Of a DNA stretch of 28,603 nt, positions 7,547 through 15,812 are shown one piece after another (the stretch's first letter is position 1; every line of letters begins with the position of its first letter). Source of the DNA: a virus (lineage: Duplodnaviria > Caudoviricetes); IMG/VR virus record IMGVR_UViG_3300011334_000063, positions 1-28,603 of that record; one strand, 5' to 3'. The notes below the pieces were generated by a model. It did no database searches and was not told the origin of the DNA. It worked only from the letters and a program-made list of their open reading frames with translations. Made by a program: the position numbers and the translations under genes.

Positions 7547-8886
7547 TGAAAGTTGGAGCAAAAGTCTCTTGGAACTCCTCTGGCGGAACTGCTCGTGGTA
7601 TCATTCGTGAAATAGTCCGCGATGGTAATGTTCCTAATATCCCAGTAAAGATCACAGGCTCTGAAGACGAACCTGCTGCTCGTATTGAGATTCTGGATGA
7701 TAAAGGTAAACCAACAGGTCAGATGGTAGGTCATAAATTGTCAACGCTTAGCAAAAGATACGAAAACACTGCAAGTCTTCCCAAAGCGGTTAGAGACAAG
7801 ATTAAAGACCCTAAGAAGCTGCGCCAATGGATGCACGTCTTCAATAGCATGATTGCTGAAGGTCGATCTGAAAGTGCAGCTATGGCTGGTGCTTGGTCTA
7901 CAGTCAAAAAGATTGATGTCTTCAAGGCACAATACGCTAATGACATCTTTACGACCCCTGCCGAAGCTATGTCCCGTTCTATGGAAATGGGTCTTGGTGG
8001 TACAATCCATGTGTCAGACTATGAAGGCCAAGCTGTATATCTTCCAGCCGAAGATGAAGAAGCCTACCTAGACTATTACGCACAACTCGCTGGCCTGCCC
8101 ACAGAAGACGATTCTGAGGATGAGGTAGGTGAGGATGAGGAAATGGATAGCGAGGCTGTAGACCCCCGTGTAGAGGCGCTACGGGCCATCGTCCAAGAAG
8201 TCCTAGCTATGGAGACAATCGACAAGGCAGACTATCAGGGTGAAACTGTAACTCTGAATAAACCTCGTCGTATCCAAGGCGGCAACAAGAAATTTGAAGT
8301 CTTTGTTCAAGATGGCGATAGAGTAAAACGTGTAGCTTTTGGCGACCCTAATATGGAAATCCGCAGGGATGATCCAAAGGCTCGTGCTAACTTCCGTTCT
8401 CGTATGTCTTGCGACACAGCTTCTGATAAAACTTCTGCAAGATATTGGTCTTGCCGTATGTGGGAAGCAGATACATCGGTGAGTGAAATGACGAAAGCAG
8501 AATATAGCCTAGAGGGTAAAATCCTTAAAGTCGATAATGAACAACGAATGGTCTATGGTTGGGCCTCTGTGGTCACTGAAAATGGTGTTCCTGTCGTTGA
8601 TCGTCAAGGCGATGTAATTGAAGCCGATACTCTAGTAAAGGCAGTCAATAATTTCATGGAGCATGTGCGCGTAGGCAAGGCGATGCACACAGGGGAACAA
8701 GTTGGTGTTGTTGTACACTCTCTCCCCGTCACTAAAGAAATTTGTGATGCTCTTGGTATCCAATCTGACCGCGAAGGATGGGTTGTCGCATACAAAGTAT
8801 ACGATGATAGTGTCTGGACAAAGGTAAAGAGTGGTGATCTTGCGGCTTTCAGTATTGGTGGCCGTGCTAACAAGGAGGAAATCTAA
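7546..8886 (+). CDS. Multi-domain prohead protease: Tudor/SH3-like + ChaB-like + acidic + unknown domain + C-terminal XkdF-like serine protease
   Basis: C-terminal RMVYGWA..DRQGD..MH..W..VKSG.L.AFSIGG; N-terminal VSWNSSGG.ARG; LP..VR..W..VFN..AW..VKK (ChaB-like). Confidence 0.85.
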   Translation: MKVGAKVSWNSSGGTARGIIREIVRDGNVPNIPVKITGSEDEPAARIEILDDKGKPTGQMVGHKLSTLSKRYENTASLPKAVRDKIKDPKKLRQWMHVFNSMIAEGRSESAAMAGAWSTVKKIDVFKAQYANDIFTTPAEAMSRSMEMGLGGTIHVSDYEGQAVYLPAEDEEAYLDYYAQLAGLPTEDDSEDEVGEDEEMDSEAVDPRVEALRAIVQEVLAMETIDKADYQGETVTLNKPRRIQGGNKKFEVFVQDGDRVKRVAFGDPNMEIRRDDPKARANFRSRMSCDTASDKTSARYWSCRMWEADTSVSEMTKAEYSLEGKILKVDNEQRMVYGWASVVTENGVPVVDRQGDVIEADTLVKAVNNFMEHVRVGKAMHTGEQVGVVVHSLPVTKEICDALGIQSDREGWVVAYKVYDDSVWTKVKSGDLAAFSIGGRANKEEI

Positions 8887-9690
8887 TTGCCAAATCTCCT
8901 GAAAAACTTGCAGCTTGAAGAACTCTCTCTTGTAGACCGCCCAGCTAATGCACAGGCAATGGTTTCCCTCTTTAAGCGCGATAACTCTCAAGAGGATATT
9001 GAGAAAATGGACACTAAAATGAAAGCCAAGGTTAAGGCTTACATGGCAGCTAATGACTGCTCTGAGGCCGAGGCTATGAAGGCTTGTGGGGCTGATATGA
9101 TGAAAGCAGACACTACTGTTTCTGAAATTGATACTCTTAAAGCTGAAAATGAAGCTCTGCGTATTGATAATGAGCGTCTAGTTAAGGCTCTAGATGACGA
9201 GGGTTACGTTGTTAAAGCTGACGTAATCGAAAAGAAAGCTCCAGTAGAGACTATTGAAGTTGGTGGCGTATCCGTTGTTAAAGCTGATATTCCTGCACCA
9301 GTTCTCAAAGCTCTTGAAGAAGCTGAAGTTGCTAAGAAGCAACATGAGATTGAGAAGGCCGACATTGAACTGACTAAGCGCGCAGAAGAAATCCTGCCCC
9401 ATTTCAATGTTAATGTTGCCAAACCTTTGCTCAAATCCTTTGCAGAAGACAAAGCTATCGTAGAAGCACTTAAAGCTGCTGACAATGCCTTTGCTGCTGC
9501 TATGACTGAAATTGGTAAAGCTGATGTAAATGGTCAGTTTTCTACCGCAGCCGAAGAAATGGAAGCCCTTGTTAAATCCTATATGGATGAAAATGGCTTG
9601 AAAAAGAGTGACTACGCCAAAGCCTATGCGGCTGTAGCTAAAACCGATGCAGGTAAAACCCTCATCAATAAATCCTACAAAGGGGAATAA
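8887..9690 (+). CDS. Capsid scaffolding protein
   Basis: TTG start with SD AGGAGG; ELSLVDRPAN N-terminus; Ala/Glu/Lys-rich coiled coil. Confidence 0.8.
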   Translation: MPNLLKNLQLEELSLVDRPANAQAMVSLFKRDNSQEDIEKMDTKMKAKVKAYMAANDCSEAEAMKACGADMMKADTTVSEIDTLKAENEALRIDNERLVKALDDEGYVVKADVIEKKAPVETIEVGGVSVVKADIPAPVLKALEEAEVAKKQHEIEKADIELTKRAEEILPHFNVNVAKPLLKSFAEDKAIVEALKAADNAFAAAMTEIGKADVNGQFSTAAEEMEALVKSYMDENGLKKSDYAKAYAAVAKTDAGKTLINKSYKGE

Positions 9691-9692
9691 TT

Positions 9693-10061
9693 ATGGCCGT
9701 TATGCAATCTCGCGATAACCGCACTTATATCGCTGGCGCTGATCTGTCGGCTGCTCAGTTCAAGTTTGTTAAAATCTCTGGCGCTAACGTAGTTGTCGCC
9801 TCTGTTGCTGGTGAACAGTGCATTGGTGTCTGCCTTGTTGGTGGAGCTTCGGGTGCTGCTGTGACTGTTGTTCGTAGTGGTTCCGTTATGGTGACCGCTG
9901 GCGCAACCATTACTGCTGGTGCAGCCGTTTCTACGGATGCTGCTGGTCTGGCTAAAGCCGCTGCTACGGGCAACATCATCATGGGCTACGCTCGTGAAGC
10001 TGGTGTCAATGGTCAAGTCATCGAGATCGAACTGATCTCTGGTGGTAACGCTTCGGCCTAA
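9693..10061 (+). CDS. Capsid decoration/cement protein (DUF2190-like)
   Basis: Small Ala/Gly/Val-rich protein directly before the major capsid gene. Confidence 0.75.
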   Translation: MAVMQSRDNRTYIAGADLSAAQFKFVKISGANVVVASVAGEQCIGVCLVGGASGAAVTVVRSGSVMVTAGATITAGAAVSTDAAGLAKAAATGNIIMGYAREAGVNGQVIEIELISGGNASA

Positions 10062-10086
10062 TCTTAAGTATTAAAAGGATACTACA

Positions 10087-11094
10087 ATGCCATTTTTGAC
10101 CCCCTCGGCTGTACATGTTGACCAGCCATTGACCAACTTGACTCTGGCTTATATGCAAGAGCAAACGAACTTTATCGCTGACAAAGTGTTCCCCACTGTG
10201 GGCGTGCAGAAGCAGTCGGATAAATACTACATTTATGACCGCGCAAACGGCAATCGTGCTGGCGATGTGAAAGCATTGGCTCCTCGCACTGAAGTTGAGC
10301 GTATCGGCTTGTCCATCTCGAACAGCTCGTACTTTACGGATGTTTATGGTCTGGGCATGGACTTTGACGAGCAGACTTTGGCTAACGAAGATGCTATGTT
10401 GGAAATCCGTTCGGCTGGTGCTACGACCCTTGTAAATCGTCTGTTGATCCATCGTGAGGAGCAGTTTGCTTCGACGTTCTTCGCAGCTTCGGTGTGGGGT
10501 ACGGAATACACTGGTGTGTCGGGTACGCCTTCGACGGGTGAAGTTAAGCAGTGGTCGGATTACACCAATGCAACGCCAATTCGTGACGTGACGACTGCTC
10601 GTCGTGCAATGCAACTGAAGTCGGGTGGCTTTAAGCCTAACACGATGGTTGTGGGTAAAGAAACCCGTGACATTCTGGTCAATCACCCTGACATCTTGGC
10701 TCGTCTGAATGGCGGCGCTACTGTCTCGAACACTGCCCTGATTACCAATGCTAAACTGGCTGAAATCTTTGAAGTAGAGAACTTCTACGTCATGGAAGCT
10801 GTGAAGAACACTGGTGCTGAAGGTTTGGCAGAAAGCAACGCCTTCATCGGTGGTAAGTCGGCTCTGTTGACCTACACGCCTCGCACTGCTGGTCTGATGA
10901 CCCCTGCTGCTGGTGTGACCTTCGCTTGGAATAACCTGCAAGGCGTAAACAACCTTGGTATCACTGTTGAATCGTTCTCGGACGATGCTCTGAAGCGTCA
11001 ACAGATTGCTGAAATGATCCAAGTCAAGATGGCCTACGACATGAAAGTTGTTGGCGCTGACATGGGTGTGTTCTTCAAGACCATCGTTGCTTAA
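10087..11094 (+). CDS. Major capsid protein (HK97 fold, lambda gpE-like)
   Basis: 335 aa; VD..LTN...AY..FIAD..FP.V.V N-terminus, WSD...PI.D; strong codon bias. Confidence 0.92.
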   Translation: MPFLTPSAVHVDQPLTNLTLAYMQEQTNFIADKVFPTVGVQKQSDKYYIYDRANGNRAGDVKALAPRTEVERIGLSISNSSYFTDVYGLGMDFDEQTLANEDAMLEIRSAGATTLVNRLLIHREEQFASTFFAASVWGTEYTGVSGTPSTGEVKQWSDYTNATPIRDVTTARRAMQLKSGGFKPNTMVVGKETRDILVNHPDILARLNGGATVSNTALITNAKLAEIFEVENFYVMEAVKNTGAEGLAESNAFIGGKSALLTYTPRTAGLMTPAAGVTFAWNNLQGVNNLGITVESFSDDALKRQQIAEMIQVKMAYDMKVVGADMGVFFKTIVA

Positions 11095-11110
11095 TCTGCA
11101 ATAAACTAAT

Positions 11111-11143
11111 GGTGTGTCCGAGGTTAATAGCTTTGGACACACC
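11111..11143 (+). terminator. Stem-loop after the capsid gene (mRNA-stabilising or partial terminator)
   Basis: GGTGTGTCCGAGG/CTTTGGACACACC; no U-tract follows. Confidence 0.55.
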
Positions 11144-11188
11144 CAATCATAACAGAACATAATATTGTCCTTACAAGGAATTGTCAAA

Positions 11189-11614
11189 ATGCACCCTTCA
11201 TACTTGGGTTGGCAGGTCGATTGGCCTGTATTTATTAAGATGCCTTTGTCAGCAGATGGCAAAGAGTGGAAACGTGATGAACACTTTAACTGGTTGGAAC
11301 GTGGTATTGAGGCTGATAAAGTATCTATCCTGTACAAATCTGGTTATCTCCATCACAACACAGAACTAGAAATTCAGAATAAAGTTGGTGATCGTCTTTC
11401 AGAGATGAACGGCAGTCAACTAAAAACTCTCGTAAATTTGATTAACGCAGAGGTTAAAAAGCGAACCTCTAGCACCAACGAGTTCGAGAATAAGCGATGT
11501 AAGCAATCTACTCTAGACGATAAGCAACGTGGCCTTATTCGTCGTTTCCTTGTAGGGAACAAGTGGATTATGGATGATTTCTACAAGATGCGAGACACTA
11601 TTCTCGGTGAATAA
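11189..11614 (+). CDS. Hypothetical protein (head module)
   Basis: Start moved to ATG 11189 (SD AAGGA); 141 aa. Confidence 0.75.
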   Translation: MHPSYLGWQVDWPVFIKMPLSADGKEWKRDEHFNWLERGIEADKVSILYKSGYLHHNTELEIQNKVGDRLSEMNGSQLKTLVNLINAEVKKRTSSTNEFENKRCKQSTLDDKQRGLIRRFLVGNKWIMDDFYKMRDTILGE

Positions 11615-11632
11615 ATAATAGGGGACGACTTT

Positions 11633-12088
11633 ATGGCGTGGACATACAATGCCGCTGATCTAAACACTACCACACCTTCTGGTCGTCTCAATACTGTACG
11701 TCTCCTTGTGGGTGATACTGATACCACAGATCAGCAGGTTCAGAATGAAGAAATTACATTCAGCTTAGCTGAGAATAATGACAACACATACCTCTCTGCT
11801 GCTTGGATTGCAAGGGCTATTTCCTCTAAGTATGCTCGTCTGGTTACAACTAAGCTAGATGGCGCTCTTAGTGCTGATTACTCCGATCTTGCTAAACAGT
11901 ACCAAGGTCTCGCTGACCAACTTGAATACAGAGGTAAGACAGACGGGGCTTCTATTGGTGTCCTTGCTGGTGGTATTACCAAGTCTGGCATTGAAGCTGT
12001 AAGAGCGAATACCAATCGAATTGAAGGTAGCTTCCGTAGGGATCGTTTCAAGAACCCACCAAGCTACGATACCCCAGAGTATGAATAA
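11633..12088 (+). CDS. Head-tail adaptor
   Basis: WTY...VRLLVGDTD...QNEEI motif and position. Confidence 0.8.
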   Translation: MAWTYNAADLNTTTPSGRLNTVRLLVGDTDTTDQQVQNEEITFSLAENNDNTYLSAAWIARAISSKYARLVTTKLDGALSADYSDLAKQYQGLADQLEYRGKTDGASIGVLAGGITKSGIEAVRANTNRIEGSFRRDRFKNPPSYDTPEYE

Positions 12089-12098
12089 GGAGTAGGAT

Positions 12099-12455
12099 AT
12101 GTCCTTTCGTTCCTACGACCTTCTTAGGTTGGTGAGAGACTTCGGTAAAGAACTCACTCTTAGAAAGAAGACTACTGCTGGTTCCTATAGTCCATCTACT
12201 GGCACTGTAACAGGGTCTTCTACCACAGATTATACATTCAGTGGTTACTTCTTTAACTTCTCTGTTGGCCTGCCCACTAACGATGAACTTCGTAGGGGAA
12301 CTCGTAGGTGTATTGTCCCTGCCCTTGGTCTTGCTGTTGCCCCTGACGATGGGGATTTGATTGTTGGTCAAGGTGATAATGTAACTATCGTCAAAGTCAC
12401 TACTGTATTCAATTCTGGTACTGCTGTTTGCTATATCTGTGAGGTCTCTGAGTAA
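12099..12455 (+). CDS. Head closure/stopper protein
   Basis: FG...TLR..G.Y.P.TG pattern; synteny. Confidence 0.7.
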   Translation: MSFRSYDLLRLVRDFGKELTLRKKTTAGSYSPSTGTVTGSSTTDYTFSGYFFNFSVGLPTNDELRRGTRRCIVPALGLAVAPDDGDLIVGQGDNVTIVKVTTVFNSGTAVCYICEVSE

Positions 12456-12919
12456 TGACCAATGACCCCATTAGAACTCAAGCAACATTCAAAGCACTTA
12501 AAGACAAGATTGAGAACCTCACAGTAGAAAAAATAGAGACTAGGTTAGAAGAAGTCTCATATTATGCCACTCACACAGCTTTACAAGATGGCGGACTTGG
12601 CACTGGGGTTGACACTGGCGCTTATGTTACATCTTTTTCTTTAGGTGCTGCTGGATTTAGTGGTGGCCGAAAAAGAAGTTCTAGGGGTAAGCCTACTAAG
12701 CAAGATGCTGCTACTAAAAAGCAAGAGGGCTACAGTAACTTGTTGTCGGATATTAAAGGGCTTAATATTAAGCAGATGTTATCTCTTGGCAACATAAAGT
12801 TTACCCTTCGTAATAGATCACCCCATGCAAGAAAAGTCGAAGATGGCTGGACTAGAAAAGATGGGAGTAAACTAGACGGGTATAATGTCTTCCGTAAGAT
12901 TAGGAGCAAGTTTAGATAA
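12455..12919 (+). CDS. Neck/tail completion protein (HK97 gp10-like)
   Basis: VDTGAY..S and N.SPHA..VE.G motifs; synteny. Confidence 0.75.
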   Translation: MTNDPIRTQATFKALKDKIENLTVEKIETRLEEVSYYATHTALQDGGLGTGVDTGAYVTSFSLGAAGFSGGRKRSSRGKPTKQDAATKKQEGYSNLLSDIKGLNIKQMLSLGNIKFTLRNRSPHARKVEDGWTRKDGSKLDGYNVFRKIRSKFR

Positions 12920-13341
12920 TGGCGAGTGTTTATGATGACATTAGGGCCGCTTTGGAAGTCAGACTATCTGCTGTTTCGGGTATCCCTGCTATTGCTTACG
13001 AGAACGTCTCTTTTAGCCCCACTACAGGCACTCCATTCGTTCAACCTAAGTTTATCCCTACCTCTCGTAGACCTGCTGTAAGGGGCGCTAATCCTCAACA
13101 AAGATATGAGGGTGTCTTTACAGTATTCTGCTATGTGCCAGAGGGTAATGGCCCTGCTGCTGCTGACGACCTAGCCGACAAGGTGATTGAAGCCTTCGAT
13201 GCTACAACTGATATTTCTTTCACTAATGCTGCCTCTGAAACAATCATAGTTTCTATTGACTACGCAGAAAGAGATAATGGCTTCATTGACAACCCTTGGT
13301 ATTATGTCGCTGTAAATATCGGCTGGTATCTATATAAATAA
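12919..13341 (+). CDS. Tail terminator protein
   Basis: IAYENV.F.P...P motif; directly before the tail tube gene. Confidence 0.8.
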   Translation: MASVYDDIRAALEVRLSAVSGIPAIAYENVSFSPTTGTPFVQPKFIPTSRRPAVRGANPQQRYEGVFTVFCYVPEGNGPAAADDLADKVIEAFDATTDISFTNAASETIIVSIDYAERDNGFIDNPWYYVAVNIGWYLYK

Positions 13342-13362
13342 TTCCCCACAGGAGACATTAAA

Positions 13363-14274
13363 ATGCCCTTTTCGCAAGGCTCTCGTTCCAGCCTATCGTT
13401 TGTTACAGAAGTAACATTTGGTACTACCCCCGCTGGTAACTTTACTAACCTACCTTTCTCTACCCACTCGCTGAACTTGACCAAAGATCGTGTTGCTGGC
13501 AATGATATCCAAGCTGATCGTATGCCTCGTGTTGATCGTCATGGCAATCGTCAAGTAGCTGGTGACATTGTTGTTGACCTACGTGATGGTGTATATGATG
13601 CCTTCCTAGAATCAGCTATGCTCAATGCTTGGTCTACTAACGTCTTGAAAGTTGGTACTACGCCTAAGTTCTTCTCTATCGAAGATTACGCTGCTGATAT
13701 TGACCAAGCTCGTTTGTTTACTGGTATGTCGGTCTCGACTATGGGTGTCTCTCTGGCCCCTAACCAGATGGTTACTACCACGTTTGGTATGGTAGGTAAA
13801 GACATGACCATCAGTGCTACCCAGAAGACCCAGACAGCCGCTGCCAACAATGCTCCTTTCGATGCTTACTCAGGTGACATTGCCATTGGTAACGTAGGCT
13901 CAAGCTCTGCTGTAGCGATTGTAACTGGCCTTGACTTCACTTTGAACAACTCGTTTGCACCTACCTTTGTGATTGGCGACAGTTCTGCCCCATCGCTTGA
14001 GTATGGTCGTGCTGAGATTGAAGGTACTATCACTGCTTACTTTGAAGATACGGCTCTGATTAACCGCTTCTTGAATGAAACTGAAACAGAACTTGAAGTC
14101 TCTGTGAATGATCCAACTGGAACTAACGCTTACTCGTTCTTGTTCCCACGTATTAAGATTAACAGTGCAGATGTTCCTGTTGATGGCCCAACCAGCCGTA
14201 TCATCAACCTGTCCTTCGTGGCTTTGTATGATGCAACTGAAAACTCCAACTTGGTCATTACTCGTCCTGCATAG
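13363..14274 (+). CDS. Major tail tube protein
   Basis: E.TFG.TP N-terminus, G.ITAYFED, FPRIK; strong codon bias. Confidence 0.9.
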   Translation: MPFSQGSRSSLSFVTEVTFGTTPAGNFTNLPFSTHSLNLTKDRVAGNDIQADRMPRVDRHGNRQVAGDIVVDLRDGVYDAFLESAMLNAWSTNVLKVGTTPKFFSIEDYAADIDQARLFTGMSVSTMGVSLAPNQMVTTTFGMVGKDMTISATQKTQTAAANNAPFDAYSGDIAIGNVGSSSAVAIVTGLDFTLNNSFAPTFVIGDSSAPSLEYGRAEIEGTITAYFEDTALINRFLNETETELEVSVNDPTGTNAYSFLFPRIKINSADVPVDGPTSRIINLSFVALYDATENSNLVITRPA

Positions 14275-14297
14275 TTTACGTAACCCCTAGCTAGGGA

Positions 14298-14409
14298 GAG
14301 GAAGCGTAGGAGTCGGGTCTTACGCTTCCTCACAAATTACCTAATACAGTAAATAACCCGACAAAACAACTACAAACCCCGACAATTTACCTTAAAGGAT
14401 AACCCGACT
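14298..14409 (+). promoter_or_regulatory. Putative cis-regulatory RNA: 14-bp hairpin with GUCGGG loop plus three complementary CCCGAC boxes
   Basis: Stem 14298-14311/14318-14331; boxes at 14357, 14378 and 14403. Confidence 0.65.
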
Positions 14410-14808
14410 ATGGATTTGCTAGACCTGACCCCGAAATCAGAAGAACTTGTTGTTGCCCTTAAGCACCCCGCTACTGGGGACATTCTTAAGAATGAAGATG
14501 GCAGTGACATGAGCATTACAGTATTTGCCCCTTACTCGAAAGAGTATAAAAAAGTCCTGCATGAGATGACCAACAAACGTCTCAAGAAGTTGCAAGGTAA
14601 GGGGGCCAAAGAAATTACAGCAGAAGAACTTGATGAAATCTCGCTAGATAGTTTGGCTAAGACGACTAAAGAATGGAATATCACTTTTAATGGTGAGAAG
14701 CCTAAGTTGTCATTGGCTAAAGCTCGTGAGATTTATGAAAGGGTCTTCTGGATCAAGGCTCAAATCGAAGAAGCCTCGGAGGAAGCTCTGGGTTTTATGA
14801 AAGCCTAA
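14410..14808 (+). CDS. Tail assembly chaperone (lambda gpG-like)
   Basis: Between tail tube and tape measure; LKHPATG motif; slippery G GGT TTT near the end. Confidence 0.9.
   Translation: MDLLDLTPKSEELVVALKHPATGDILKNEDGSDMSITVFAPYSKEYKKVLHEMTNKRLKKLQGKGAKEITAEELDEISLDSLAKTTKEWNITFNGEKPKLSLAKAREIYERVFWIKAQIEEASEEALGFMKA
14790..14796 (+). other. Programmed -1 frameshift site G GGT TTT
   Basis: X XXY YYZ heptamer three codons before the stop; the -1 frame stays open to 15149. Confidence 0.85.
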
Positions 14809-15149
14809 CTTGTGACCTCTGTAATTGGGCTGAACATCAGTTTAAGCTCAATAGACGTGACAAGGATGGCATAACTGAGAGAGAGCATCTTGAGCAAGTA
14901 GAAAGGCAGATTGGACGTAGACCTGAAGCATTGGAACCCCCGACAGATTTCCCAATGTTACTAGGACACGTCTGGTCTGCCTATTGTCGTTTAAGTAACA
15001 GAAGAAACCAAGGTTTCAATGGGCCAGATCGACTTACCCCAACCGCAATTAAAGACTGGTTGGAAATAACAGGTGAGGTATTGAACCCTTGGGAAGTAGA
15101 TGTTATATTTCGACTGGATGATACATACATGAGGTGTATAAATGGTTGA
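14796..15149 (+). CDS. Frameshift extension of the tail chaperone (gpGT-like, about 246 aa in total)
   Basis: The -1 frame reads YESLTCDLCNWAEHQFKL...RLDDTYMRCING. Confidence 0.85.
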   Translation, partial: YESLTCDLCNWAEHQFKLNRRDKDGITEREHLEQVERQIGRRPEALEPPTDFPMLLGHVWSAYCRLSNRRNQGFNGPDRLTPTAIKDWLEITGEVLNPWEVDVIFRLDDTYMRCING

Positions 15150-15657
15150 CGAAAAGTGGTGTAATGATTGCAAAACGTCTCTCCCCATCTTAGACTTCTA
15201 CAAAGATAAAAGCGTGGGCGATGGGTTTGACTACTTCTGTAAGCTGTGTAGAAAAAAGCGGAAGTTGTCACGAAAGACCCACGAGAGTGGCTACCACAAA
15301 GCGTACAGGGACAGTCACCAGAAAAAGCGAGAACAATACTCCCGTCAGTTTAACGAAGAAAATAAAGACTACTTCACAAACTGGAGACAATTAAACAAAG
15401 GTAAGATGAGAGCCTACTCTAAGAAGTACCGCTCTATAAAATCTAAAGCAACGCCACCTTGGTTGACTGAGGCTCAGTATGAGGCAATAGAGTCTTTTTA
15501 CCTATATGCAAGGGATTGCGAAGTGGTCAGCGGCGAAAAATATCACGTAGATCATGTTGTTCCCCTACAAGGTAAAAACGTTTGTGGCCTCCATGTCCCT
15601 TGGAACTTGCAAGTGTTACCCGCTGACATAAATATTTCCAAGTCAAACAAATGGTGA
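15142..15657 (+). CDS. Free-standing HNH homing endonuclease
   Basis: CxxC...CxxC N-terminus; ATPPWL; YHVDHVVPLQG..VCGLHVPWNLQ...N..KSN. Confidence 0.92.
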   Translation: MVDEKWCNDCKTSLPILDFYKDKSVGDGFDYFCKLCRKKRKLSRKTHESGYHKAYRDSHQKKREQYSRQFNEENKDYFTNWRQLNKGKMRAYSKKYRSIKSKATPPWLTEAQYEAIESFYLYARDCEVVSGEKYHVDHVVPLQGKNVCGLHVPWNLQVLPADINISKSNKW

Positions 15658-15812
15658 GCAATAGAAGAAGTATGGGGTTTTCTGGGCCTAACCCAATTAC
15701 CTTTGAGCAGATAAAAGCGTGGAAAGAATTGACTGAAACACCGATAGATACTTGGGAGATACAAGCAATCATTAGGTTAGATGAAGTCTATATGGGGGTG
15801 GCTAATGGCTAA
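15651..15812 (+). pseudogene. Displaced paralogous 3' end of the gpGT gene, still an open 53-aa frame
   Basis: VSNRRSMGFSGPNPITFEQIKAWKELTETPIDTWEIQAIIRLDEVYMGVANG aligns ungapped (24/52 identical) with 14991-15149. Confidence 0.85.

Noticed and set aside
10018-11337. 439-aa antisense ORF over the capsid gene
   Set aside because: Same codon register as the capsid gene, which avoids TTA/CTA/TCA, so antisense stops are absent; no recognisable protein features.
14991-15653. Group I intron explanation for the HNH insert in the chaperone gene
   Set aside because: The insert is fully coding, with no P/Q/R/S elements, unlike the nrdJ intron.
15781-15804. ORF-track start of the tape measure protein
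   Set aside because: ATG 15805 has the SD and the 8-nt overlap mirrored at the HNH start.
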